Shown here piece after piece: positions 26,161 through 40,179 of a DNA stretch of 64,000 nucleotides. The stretch is from Eledone cirrhosa. Lineage: Eukaryota. Below the pieces are notes generated by a model. The model was not told the origin of the DNA. It made no database searches and saw only the letters and a program-made list of their open reading frames with translations. The stretch covers positions 114,700,001-114,764,000 of the forward strand of contig OZ024744.1 in assembly GCA_964016885.1 (NCBI GenBank), in the 5' to 3' direction. Both the position numbers and the translations under genes were made by a program. Positions within the stretch are counted from its first letter, which is position 1. Every line of letters starts with the position of its first letter.

Positions 26161-26224
26161 TTTTATCTGATGAAAACACAAATATTATTGCATGATATTT
26201 GTTTTTGAAATGCGCATAATAAAA
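26161..26224 (+). ncRNA. Type I hammerhead ribozyme, intact core
   Basis: TTTTAT-CTGATGA-AAACACAAATATT-attgcat-GATATTTGTTTTT-GAAA-TGCGC-ATA-ATAAAA; palindromic stem III ATGCGCAT. Confidence 0.85.
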
Positions 26225-26274
26225 TACATGGAACTCTTTTAACCATCTTTTGTTCTTATATATTATGTATGTAT

Positions 26275-26394
<120 letters not shown>

Positions 26395-26408
26395 GTATAT
26401 ATATATAT

Positions 26409-27440
26409 CATCATCATCAGGTTTAGCGTCCGTGTTCCACGCTTGCATGGGTTTGGACGGGGGTTTTCCCACTTGAGGCAAGAGTGGTTGTCTTGCTCGC
26501 ATAGGACTGACTGGCGGGTTTTCTACAGTTGGATGCCCTTCCTAACACCAACCACATTTACAGTGTGGGGCTGGGAGGTTTTTACCGTGTTGCCTACACG
26601 GCCACATTACAGCGTGGACTGTCTGGCGGGTTTTCTACAGCTGGATGCCCTTCCTAACACCAACCACATTTACAGTGTGGGGCTGGGAGGTTTTTACCGT
26701 GTTGCCTACACGGCCACATTTACAGCGTGGACTGTGTGTTTTTTTTGTCGTGACACCTACACGATCTCATTTGTTTCGGCCTGGATGTTGTGGGACCAAC
26801 ATAACTTTACATTGAAAGGCGCGGTGTGGATGGGGTGGAGGTGGTGGGACGGGGGTGTGTTTTGATAGAGATGCCTACTGACTGTAGTAGGTTTTTACTT
26901 TGTATTTAGGTAAGGCGGGTCTTCTCTATTACTGAGTACCGCCAAATGTCTCGGTCCAGTGACATTGTCTTGGAGAGGTGTAAGCGTGTGAGGTCGGAAT
27001 TTATCAGCTCGTCCCAGGTTTTTCTGGGTTTGCGTACTCCGTGGCTACCGTCTATCTTTATTGCCCTGCACTTTGTTATACAGCTGTCGTCTTTCATGCG
27101 CATCACGTGACCGTACCAACGTAGCCTTCTCTCGAGTAAACAACATCTGATCCCTCTTATTTCTAATTTTTTCCTTAGTTCGTTTATGCTTTGCCGTTCA
27201 CGTATATTACTATTGCACATCCAGCGGAGCATGCAAGCTTCGTTCCTCTCTAGTCTGCGTATATCCTCTGCACACAATGCCCAGGTCTCACTGCCATGCA
27301 GCATTGCTGTTCGTATGCAGGCATCGTACAACCTGCCTTTCATTTTTAGGGAGAACCCTCTAGCGGCTAATAGTGGTATAAGCTCTCTGAACTTTTTCCA
27401 TCCAGTTCTGACTCTAGCTACTGTACTTTCAGAGCACCCT
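26409..27440 (-). mobile_element. Family C copy 4 (3' fragment, variant subfamily)
   Basis: ORF 26906-27343 plus UTR and GAT tail. Confidence 0.93.
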
Positions 27441-27448
27441 CATATATG

Positions 27449-27479
<31 letters not shown>

Positions 27480-27480
27480 G

Positions 27481-27564
<84 letters not shown>

Positions 27565-27570
27565 TGTATA

Positions 27571-27645
<75 letters not shown>

Positions 27646-27658
27646 GTATATATATATG

Positions 27659-27691
<33 letters not shown>

Positions 27692-27694
27692 GTA

Positions 27695-27750
<56 letters not shown>

Positions 27751-27756
<6 letters not shown>

Positions 27757-28144
27757 GGAAATTGCCTTGTTAATAACATAATATATAAATGTAAGGTTAA
27801 CACTAAGGACTCTATTTATTCATATATAGGAGCTACCTCTAACAAATTTAAGGTAAGATTTAATACCCACAAACATAGTTTTAAAAATGCCGCACTAGCT
27901 AATACAACATCTCTAGCTGAAAAAATTAATAGTTATAGAAAGAGGAATATAGAACATGATCTGACCTGGAGTGTGCTCAAAAGGGCCACCCCTTATCAAA
28001 ATAGTAGAAATGAATGTAGATTGTGTTCAAGAACTTTTCGAAATAATGAAATCTAAGGATATCCTATTAAATAAGCGACAGGAATTAATAATATCGTGTA
28101 ATCATAAACTGAGAAAAACATTTAAATATTATAAACCTAATTAA
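27751..28144 (+). pseudogene. PLE GIY-YIG endonuclease fragment (Naiad-like), frameshifted
   Basis: [12 protein letters not shown]...[16 protein letters not shown]...CRLC, then LLNKRQELIISCNHK in another frame. Confidence 0.85.
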
Positions 28145-28632
28145 TATACACTTTAGAAATTAATATATAAATTATTTTTAATTTAGTTAACCTATAATTA
28201 ATATTCTACTACAGATGAATTACAAAATTCTGCTTTAAATATTATAAACCTAATTAATATACACTTTAGAAATTAATATATAAACTATTTTTAATTTAGT
28301 TAACCTATAATTAATATTCTACTACTGATGAACTACATAATTTGGCTTTCCTTCTTACAAATATCATTTCCTAAAACTGATACCATTATGTAAACATATG
28401 TAATTATTTTTAATTTAGTTAACCTATAATTTATATTCTACTACTGATGAACTACATAATTCTGCTTTAAATATTATAAACCTAATTAATATACACCTTA
28501 GAAATTAATATATAAACTATTTTTATTTTAGTTAACCTATAATTAATATTCTACTAATGATGAACTACATAATTTGGCTTTCCTTCTTACAAATATCATT
28601 TCCTAAAACTGATACCATTAAGTAAACATATA
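28125..28632. repeat. AT-rich imperfect tandem duplications in the PLE 3' region
   Basis: aaatattataaacctaattaatatacac x3; tagttaacctataatt...ctactactgatgaactacataat x4. Confidence 0.85.
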
Positions 28633-28804
28633 TAATGCTTTAACTTCAGGTTATGATTCTATGTTCCTTGAAACCTATATATATTTACTATTTCCCACTA
28701 ATAAATTTAATCCCCCCCCCCAATAATTATATGTATATGTAAGTGTGGATGTGTGTGTATATAAGTGTGTATGTATGTATGTGTGTATGTATGTGAGTGT
28801 AAAA

Positions 28805-28884
<80 letters not shown>

Positions 28885-28983
28885 GTCTGTGTGTGTGTGT
28901 GTGTGTATGTATATGTACATGTGTATATGCGTATATATATATATATATATATATGGGTATATATTTGTGTGTGTATGTGTATG

Positions 28984-29032
<49 letters not shown>

Positions 29033-29077
29033 ATGTGTGTATGTATGTATATATATATATATGTAGGTATATATATG

Positions 29078-29135
<58 letters not shown>

Positions 29136-29501
29136 TCATTTTTATATTCTTTTAATCTCCCCTCATCCTTAACACCACTTTTCAACTGCATCTAACTCTT
29201 ATTTATCATATCTATATGTACTAGTATAATTTTATCAATATAAATATACCCATCAATTAAATTAACTTTGTATCCTTTTCATAAATGTATTTTTTTCACT
29301 AACATCCTTATCTTAAAACTCTGGTCACCTTAGATATTTGTATTGGCATTACTATTTTATAACAGCAACTGCTTGTATACCTTCTACTGACCACCTGACC
29401 TAGTTTCACCCCTAAAATAAGTTTCAATTACTATTTTACCATTTGGCCAATTATTAACTTTCTATTGGTTAATTCTAAACCTCTTACCAAACAGACAGAA
29501 T

Positions 29502-29777
29502 ATATTAGATCTTTGTTGGTTTTATTCAATGAACAAATAAAATTATTTCTGAGGTCAACATATGACCTACTTCTTCCCTAAAGTAATCCATTATTATATT
29601 GGATCTTTGTTGGTTTTATTCAATGAACAAATAAAATTATTTCTGAGGTCAACATATGACCTACTTCTTCCCTAAAGTAATCCATTATTATATTGGATCT
29701 TTGTTGGTTTTATTCAATGAACAAATAAAATTATTTCTGAGGTCAACATATGACCTACTTCTTCCCTAAAGTAATCC
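29502..29777. repeat. 94-bp tandem repeat, about 2.9 copies
   Basis: gatctttgttgg at 29508, 29602 and 29696. Confidence 0.92.
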
Positions 29778-29968
29778 TTCATTCATAATACTCTTTTCCA
29801 TCCAAAACTGAAATCTACCTTCCTCTACCCATAATTTAAGGTTCTCCTAATTCTATATCACTATCTTGACCCTCACTATCTCCTGATTGGTCAATTCAAA
29901 ACCTGTTCCCAAACAGACCTATTGTATTGAATCTTTGTTCTTATCAATAAACAAGTATCATTATTTCT

Positions 29969-30447
29969 ATTGGCAGTATCGGTAGAGGGTCGGACGCCAT
30001 GCTTTCGATCTGAGTTCAAATCCCGCCGAGGTTGACTTTGCCTTTCATCCTTACTGGGTCGATAAAATAAAGTACCAGTAATGCACTGGGTAATTGCTGG
30101 CCTTGTGCCTAAAGTAGAAACAATTATTTCTGAAGACAGCCGAGGTTAACTTTGCCTTTCATCCTTACGGGGTCGATTAAATAAAGTACCAGTAATGTAC
30201 TGGATAATTGCTGGCCTTGTGCCTAAAGTAGAAACAATTATTTCTGAAGACAGCGGTGGATTGGCAGTATCGGTAGAGGGTCGGACGCCATGCTTTCCAG
30301 CATAGTTACGTCCCTTTACGATCTGAGTTCAAATCCCGCCGAGGTTGACTTTCATCCTTACGGGGTCGATAAAATAAAGTACCAGTAATGCACTGAGTAA
30401 TTGCTGGCCTTGTGCCTAAAGTAGAAACAATTATTTCTGAAGACAGC
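29969..30447 (+). mobile_element. Tandem array of three tRNA-derived SINE copies (Meta-type central domain; only the third full length)
   Basis: B box GAGTTCAAATCC; GCCTTTCATCCTTACGGGGTCGATAAAATAAAGTACCAG; each unit ends attatttctgaagacagc. Domain name is from recall. Confidence 0.8.
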
Positions 30448-30567
30448 ATATATATGTGTAGGTATGTATATTCCCTCTGATAGTTTGTATAAATATTGTA
30501 CATAGATCTATAGAATATGCATACCAACTCTAACACATATATATCCTAGAAACGATCGTAAAATAAT
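30430..30567 (+). ncRNA. Type I hammerhead ribozyme with about 105-nt stem II
   Basis: ATTATTT-CTGAAGA-CAGCATATATATGTGT...ACACATATATATCCTA-GAAAC-GATC-GTA-AAATAAT; perfect 7-bp stem I, palindromic ACGATCGT. Confidence 0.85.
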
Positions 30568-30618
30568 GAATTTTTTTAATATAAGGAACTGTTTCTTTGT
30601 TTATTCATTATTTTTTTA

Positions 30619-31459
<841 letters not shown>

Positions 31460-32032
31460 TCATCATCATCATCATCAACGTTTAACGTCCGTGTTCCATG
31501 CTTGCATGGGTTTGGACGGGGGTAGTCCCACTTGAGGCAAGAGTGATTGTCTTGCTCGCATAGGACTGTCTGGCAGGTTTTCTACAGTTGGATGCCCTTC
31601 CTAGCACCAACCACATTTACAGTGTGGGTCTGGGAGGTTTTTACCGTGTTGCCTACACGGCCACATTACAGCGTGGACTGTGTGTTTTTTTGTCGTGACA
31701 CCTACACGATCTCATTTGTTTCGGCCTGGATGGCGCGGCACCAACATAACTTTACATAGAACGGGGTGGTGTGGATGGGGTGGGGGTGGTGGCGGGACGG
31801 GGTGTATTTTGTTAGAGATGCCTACTGGCAAGGCGGGTCTTCTCTGTTACTGAGTACCGCCAAAGGTCTCGGTCCAGTGACATTGTCTTGGAGAGGTGTA
31901 AGTGTGTGAGGTCGGAGTTTATCAGCTCATCCCAGGTTTTTCTAGGTCTGCCTATTCCGTGGCTACCGTCTATCTTCATTGCCCTGCACTTTGTTATACA
32001 GCTATCGACTTTCATGTGCATCACGTGTCCAT
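31460..32032 (-). mobile_element. Family C copy 5 (3' fragment, RLASRHL-ending subfamily)
   Basis: ORF 31812-32024, UTR, GAT tail. Confidence 0.93.
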
Positions 32033-32033
32033 G

Positions 32034-32080
<47 letters not shown>

Positions 32081-32115
32081 GTATATATGTATATATATAT
32101 ATGTATATATATATG

Positions 32116-32152
<37 letters not shown>

Positions 32153-32177
32153 GTATATATATATGTATATATATATG

Positions 32178-32283
<106 letters not shown>

Positions 32284-32288
32284 TATAT

Positions 32289-33153
<865 letters not shown>

Positions 33154-33212
33154 CAGTATATATATATATATGTATGTATGAGTATATATATATATGTATC
33201 TATGAGTATATA

Positions 33213-33917
33213 TTGTAGCTCTGATTCATATGATTCATCGAGCGCTTGCCACACATATCGGACGTTGATTTTCGTTAATTCCTGAGCTGAAAACGATTCT
33301 CGCTAATTTATATTTGTATTAATCTCCAGAGTCTAGCTATTGAGCAGTTAATTTTATTGATTTTTTTCAGTTACATATATTGACTGTTGAATGGCTCTGT
33401 TATATTTAACCATTCTGTTGAGAGCTTTAATTCGATTTGTGATATTTTGCATTCTCGCAATAATACACAACTGAATCATTCGCTTAATAGAGGTGTTACC
33501 TCCCTTGCTGAATCCCACGAGGGGGTCAGTAATAGCTACACTATCTATAGCATATTGGAGCAAAACCCGTTGAAAACACGACTGCCTTGTTCATCATCTC
33601 ACCAGAAGCCCAACATTCTTTATGTAGGCGGACAGTACCTGATTTGGAGTCGCAGAAACCAATACTGGATTTTACCATCAGTCCAGGGTCCGGGAAAGTA
33701 TCAACACATATATTTTTATTGTTTGACCCGAATTACTTGGTCGTTTTGATTTTGGCTGTGCGGATGATATGTTTAACCATCATCTCAGTGTGTTTGGCCC
33801 TTAACGTATGTTGTAGCTCTGATTCATATGATTCATCGAGCGCTTGCCACACATATCGGACGTTGATTTTCGTTAATTCCTGAGCTGAAAACGATTCTCG
33901 CTAATTTATATTTGTAT
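33213..33917 (-). mobile_element. 705-bp insert with 107-bp terminal direct repeats, possibly a decayed PLE 5' ORF fragment
   Basis: 33213-33319 equals 33811-33917; the minus-strand translation only loosely resembles PLE N-termini. Confidence 0.4.
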
Positions 33918-33967
33918 CTATGAGTATATATATATATATATGTATGTATATATATATGTATCTATGA

Positions 33968-34007
<40 letters not shown>

Positions 34008-34030
34008 ATATATATATATATATATGTATG

Positions 34031-34086
<56 letters not shown>

Positions 34087-34092
34087 TGTATG

Positions 34093-34187
<95 letters not shown>

Positions 34188-34317
34188 GAGTATATATGTA
34201 TGTATGAGTATATATATGTATGTATGAGTATATATATATATGTATATATGAGTATATATATGTATATATGAGTATATATATATGTATGTATGTATATATA
34301 TATGTATGTATGTATAT

Positions 34318-34920
34318 CATCTCTCCCGTCGAGTTTGGATGGCCATTGACTCTTAAGAGCTCCTTTGCCCTTTGACAGGATTTGTTTTTAGTCCTGCAGG
34401 ATGTCCAAAGTCACTCTCCTCACCAAGAAACCTTGGTGGGGTTGCCAGTTTAGTCGCCAACGACCCGATCATGAGACAGGTTGTACTTGGATACATGTTA
34501 CCAGTAGCACCAACTGGTGATCTGACATATAGCTTTTGTCAAGGCAGAATTCTAGGAGAAGGAAAACTCTGATATAACACCTGCAACCCTGATGGTATCC
34601 AATGATGTTGACTTGTTCTTCTTTTTGGTAAATATCATCTTGGTTAAGAGAGTGGGACTGGCTTTGTGCAGTGCCTTTGCTCACTATAAAAGCTTCACAG
34701 CACAGGCAGTGCTTTATATCTGGAGATCTCTCTGCACCTGTCACATGGTACCATGGGCCCAGCACTATGTGTCAATAATTGTCACAAGTGTAGTGTTTGT
34801 ACCAGAGTTTTCAAGTCGCTGGCTGGACTAAAAATCACACTCGTTCAGCACATCGGTAGGGGTTCTCCTACATGGATATAAAGTAGTGGCCGTACTCGAA
34901 ATCGAGTTGGCAGCCACCAT
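34318..34920 (+). mobile_element. Family D copy 2 with inverted 5' third
   Basis: 34318-34527 is the reverse complement of the element 5' part; 34531-34920 is forward. Confidence 0.9.
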
Positions 34921-34931
34921 GTATATATATG

Positions 34932-36368
34932 ACTGAACTGAGTATTGACGACAGGACTCATCCCTACAACCCTAGGACACCGAGACTATCTATTAAAGAC
35001 CATAAACTGGACTTCCAGTCAAAACTACCGGTCAGGCTCATAGCCCCGTCTAAATCGGACCTAGGTAGGCTTAGCAAATGAATTATTGACCGAATTATAC
35101 CTGAACTTAGAAATAGAACTAAACTCAGCCTATGGTCTTGCACAAAGGAGGTAATCGACTGGTTTTGTGGCATTGAAACTAAGTCGAGCATTCGATTAGT
35201 CCAATTGGACATTACGAACTACTACGCATCTATATCCCCAATCATCCTTAACAAGCCACTGATTTCAGCCATGAACAGATCAAGCCTCACTTGAAAGGAA
35301 GTGGACATCATAATAACAGCTAGGAAAACTTTACTAGAATTTGATGGTAGATTGTGGGAGCGACAGAATAGACCAGATAGCTTCGACATTACAATGGGAT
35401 CGACTGACTCCGCACAGGTTACAGATATAGTAGGCATATACCTCCTAAATATATTAACAGACAAGATCCCTTCCTTGAGCGGTGGCTTATACCGATGCCC
35501 TACTAATGACCCATGGACTCAATAATAGAAAGCCAATTAGATAGACTACACAAACGACTTAGGTAGATCTTTAAGACCCAAGGATTAGCAGTAGAAATTG
35601 AACCTAACAATAGGACAGTAAACTTTTTAGATGTCACCCTAGAATTAGACCTAATGAAAATCTCAAATATGTCAACAGACACTCCAACCACCCTAGGAGC
35701 ATAATTAACTCAATAGTTAAAAGCGCCTCCAATAGAGTGTCCACCCTGTCGACTAATAGAAATATCTTCAACCAGCACGCTGAATACTACAACTCCGCAC
35801 TTGTAAACACTGGTTACATTGAGAAGATTTCTTACATCGACCCAAATAGAACCGTAACGCCGCTAAACATAACCGGACCCTTAGAAACGAACATAGAAGG
35901 AGTCAACACACCTAGGACAAATAATAACCTAAGACCCTCCGTAGCCGGCATGGCAGCCAGCGTCACACACAACTGTCAAGGAGATAAAGCCATACTCTCC
36001 AACCCCAATAAGGACTCCGACTATCACACACGTTTGCATAGCAATAGAGACAAAAGACAAGATTACTTGGAACCCTATGACACATACGCCTGACCAAAAC
36101 GCACCCTAACTACCACCCAACCACAAAAACCTCACTAAACACCGAAGAACCCGAAGTAGACCTGTCACATGGTACAACACCCCGTATTCTATACACGTCG
36201 CCACCAATATACCGGGAACCTTCTTCAGGGCTCTCGAACAATCTTTTCCATGCACACATAAATACCACAAGCTCTTCAATAGACACACTGTAAAATTCTC
36301 TTTCTCCACAGCACCAAATCTAGGCCACACAATAGCACACACTAATAGAACAAAAATACGAAAACACA
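34932..36368 (+). pseudogene. Decayed PLE RT and thumb/linker (Naiad-like)
   Basis: IKDHK, VRLIAPSKSDLGRLSK, LDITNYYASI, FDITMGSTDSAQ, GLYR (DD disrupted), NFLDVT, WYNTPYS, FNRHTVKFSFS; stops and frameshifts. Confidence 0.85.
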
Positions 36369-36865
36369 TGTATGTATGTGTGTTTCATGTAAACAAACAT
36401 TCGTCTCATTCTGACGTCACCAGCCCTGTTTTTCCACATGTGCGTTTTATTTTCATAATCATGCATGATGTTAAACTAGCCTGCTTTTAAATACCCTTTT
36501 TGGCATATTAATCAGTGAGAATTTGGCTATCGTGTTGAGCTCTGCTGATGATCGTATTCCAACCGTGACCATCTCCACTGAAAGTTTTCGTGAAATATTC
36601 TTTTTCAAGACTATACAGAGCATTTGTAGTTCTCCCAAATTGAAGGATGAGTATTTTAAACTTTATTTTATCATGAGTTAAGGCTCTATTTTTTCCTGGA
36701 TTTCACTAAATTCTGTTGGATAAATCTATATCCTGATTCTTTTTGAATTGAGTTTGAATTATTTTCCCATATCTTACGTTAACTATTTTCCCATTTTGAC
36801 GCTAGAGTCACTTATATATTATGGAATACTGTTGGCTTCTTGCTACAATAATTTCTATACCTTTC

Positions 36866-36909
<44 letters not shown>

Positions 36910-37208
36910 ATATATGTATGTGTGTGTATGTGTATGTTTATGAATACGTGTGTGTACGTGTATGTGTGCATATCCGTATGTGTGTATGTATGCATATGTC
37001 TATATGTACAACACCATCTCCATTGGCTCTCACCTTCCCTCTATCTTTGTTCTACGCCTCCCCCCACCGATACTCCCCCACTCTCTCTCTATATATCCAC
37101 ACGCGCGCATGCACATACATGTGTGTATATATGCATATAGATATGTGTATGTGTTGATCTATGTGGGTGCATGTATGTGTGTGTATAAGGGTGTGTACGT
37201 ATGTACTG

Positions 37209-37247
<39 letters not shown>

Positions 37248-37436
37248 TATCAGTATATATGCGCATATATATATATATTCAACGTATTTGTCAGACTAAG
37301 AGTGTCTAGGTATGTATCTCCCCATGGACTCGACACCACCGGCACATCCACCACGCCACCACAAACGTCACTACCATAAACCACAACACCACTACCACAC
37401 CCCCACACACACCAACCCGTCTACCGACAACCCACT

Positions 37437-38856
37437 ACCCCCACACCACAGCCCATCCCAGTAAGCGACCGTCACCACCAACATATCATCACATCCACCC
37501 CCATATACACTACAGGCCAAAGCCAATCTGCCACCACCACACCACAGCCCATCCCAGTAAGCGACCGTCACCACCAACATATCATCACATCCACCCCCAT
37601 ATACACTACAGGCCAAAGCCAATCTGCCACCACCACACCACAGCCCATCCCAGTAAGCGACCGTCACCACCAACATATCATCACATCCACCCCCATATAC
37701 ACTACAGGCCAAAGCCAATCTGCCACCACCACACCACAGCCCATCCCAGTAAGCGACCGTCACCACCAACATATCATCACATCCACCCCCATATACACTA
37801 CAGGCCAAAGCCAATCTGCCACCACCACACCACAGCCCATCCCAGTAAGCGACCGTCACCACCAACATATCATCACATCCACCCCCATATACACTACAGG
37901 CCAAAGCCAATCTGCCACCACCACACCACAGCCCATCCCAGTAAGCGACCGTCACCACCAACATATCACATCCACCCCCATATACACTACAGGCCAAAGC
38001 CAATCTGCCACCACCACACCACAGCCCATCCCAGTAAGCGACCGTCACCACCAACATATCATCACATCCACCCCCATATACACTACAGGCCAAAGCCAAT
38101 CTGCCACCACCACACCACAGCCCATCCCAGTAAGCGACCGTCACCACCAACATATCATCACATACACCCCCATATACACTACAGGCCAAAGCCAATCTGC
38201 CACCACCACACCACAGCCCATCCCAGTAAGCGACCGTCACCACCAACATATCATCACATCCACCCCATATACACTACAGGCCAAAGCCAATCTGCCACCA
38301 CCACACCACAGCCCATCCCAGTAAGCGACCGTCACCACCAACATATCACATCCACCCCCATATACACTACAGGCCAAAGCCAATCTGCCACCACCACACC
38401 ACAGCCCATCCCAGTAAGCGACCGTCACCACCAACATATCATCACATCCACCCCCATATACACTACAGGCCAAAGCCAATCTGCCACCACCACACCACAG
38501 CCCATCCCAGTAAGCGACCGTCACCAACATCTTATCATCACATCCACCCCCATATACACTACAGGCCAAAGCCAATCTGCCACCACCACACCACAGCCCA
38601 TCCCAGTAAGCGACCGTCACCACCAACATATCATCACATCCACCCCCATATACACTACAGGCCAAAGCCAATCTGCCACCACCACACCACAGCCCATCCC
38701 AGTAAGCGACCGTCACCACCAACATATCATCACATCCACCCCCATATACACTACAGGCCAAAGCCAATCTGCCACCCCCACACCACAGCCCATCACAGTA
38801 AGCGACCGTCACCAACATCTCACCATCACATCCACCCCCACATACACTACAGGCCA
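37437..38856. repeat. C/A-rich 96-bp minisatellite, about 15 copies
   Basis: gcccatcccagtaagcgaccgtc at 37451, 37547 and onward; some units carry small deletions. Confidence 0.97.
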
Positions 38857-38965
38857 GTACATCCCTTTGATCCTTTCCACCAATCAAAACAACTCATATT
38901 GTCAAACCCTTGAACTTCTGACTTTACCACATAACATTATTTCATTTTCTTATAGCATTTTAAAG

Positions 38966-39050
38966 GGTCCGTCGAGCTGCCGATCATTGAGTCGGGTAGG
39001 GTCGTTACAGATCGAACTTTGAGCTGATCAGTGTCGAAACGCGCGTCACC
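38966..39050 (+). ncRNA. Degenerate hammerhead motif
   Basis: GGT-CCGTCGA-GCTGCCGATCA...TGATCAGTGTC-GAAAC-GCGC-GTC-ACC, then AATAAA. Confidence 0.6.
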
Positions 39051-39206
39051 TCCCAATAAATGTAATGAAGGAGTAACCAATCGTCCTTGTTATCCTTTCA
39101 ATATATTACACTCTGTACAGCTCTACACCTCATCACAGAAGTGAACCTAAACATCGAGTGTTCACCCGGGTGAACCTGCAGTAACTCCAAGTTACACTCC
39201 CTGGAT

Positions 39207-39243
<37 letters not shown>

Positions 39244-39537
39244 TATGAATACAGTTCCATTTGAGCAAGGGATGGCACAGCCAACTGGCCAAACTTGCCT
39301 CATAATATGGATGACTTGTGAAACCCATGGGAAAATGAAATATTAAACGGTGATGACAATGATGATGTTATTATTGATGGATGGTTTGTGAGTGCTGAAG
39401 ATTGTTAAGAAAATATCCAAGAATTTAGGATTTAGTAATAAGTTGATGTATGGAACATAGCTTAATCAAGGTTCTTACAAAAGATGATGTCAGAAAACTC
39501 ATGAGCATGGCAAATAGATGTAAAACAGTGGAGGCAA

Positions 39538-39758
39538 TGATGATGATGATGATGATGATGACGATGGTGATAATGATGGATGTGATCATGGTGATCATGG
39601 TGGTGATGCTGGTGGTGATGGTGATGACAATGATGATGATGTTAATGGTGATGATGATGATAGTGGTGATGATGGTGGTGGTGATGGTGGTGGTGGTGGT
39701 GATGATGATGTTAATGGTGATGATGAAGATAGTGGTGATGATGATGATATTGGTGATG
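39538..39758. repeat. (GAT/GGT)n trinucleotide tract
   Basis: Directly visible. Confidence 0.95.
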
Positions 39759-40179
39759 AACACTTTAAACTAAACAGTTTTTGTATCATAGAACAAGGTA
39801 TGGCTTTAAAAGAATGTAAGAAAGGTGAAAACAACAATCGGGTAGTAAAAACTTACTTCTCATAAAGTTTAAAAAAAAATGCTAATAATCCATTTTCATC
39901 GAGACTCATTTCATCACGAATACAGTGAAAACGCTCAGCATTTTCCCGCGTAAATATCAGAGATACGAACTTTTGTGTTCCCATAATGCAATGTTGTCTG
40001 ATGTTTGGCATTAGATTCTGGCATCACTTCTTTTAACTATAATAAAAGATGGAAAAGAGGTTCTAAGCATTTATCGATATATTTAAAATTGATTAACGAT
40101 AACATGCTGCTACAGTCTTCTTTAATTTAAAGATGACTGCAGAGGTGGGGAGAGGTGAGTTTAAAATACCGATGGCACC

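Noticed and set aside
28320-28680. CTGATGA repeats as hammerheads after the GIY-YIG fragment
   Set aside because: No matching stem II partner, GAAA-stem III or stem I found
35078-35295. In-frame TGA codons as selenocysteine in the Naiad-like RT
   Set aside because: Not at cysteine-like positions; the copy also has frameshifts and other stops; CGA-to-TGA decay is simpler
36545-36600. CTGATGA...GAAA hammerhead
   Set aside because: No stem II pairing and no valid stem III
37392-38887. Cys/Gly-rich repeat protein on the minus strand
   Set aside because: Reading of the 96-bp minisatellite; a frameshifting unit breaks it and there is no unique domain
40110-40160. Possible host exon ending AG|GTGAGT
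   Set aside because: Donor-like motif only; no supportable acceptor, frame or homology
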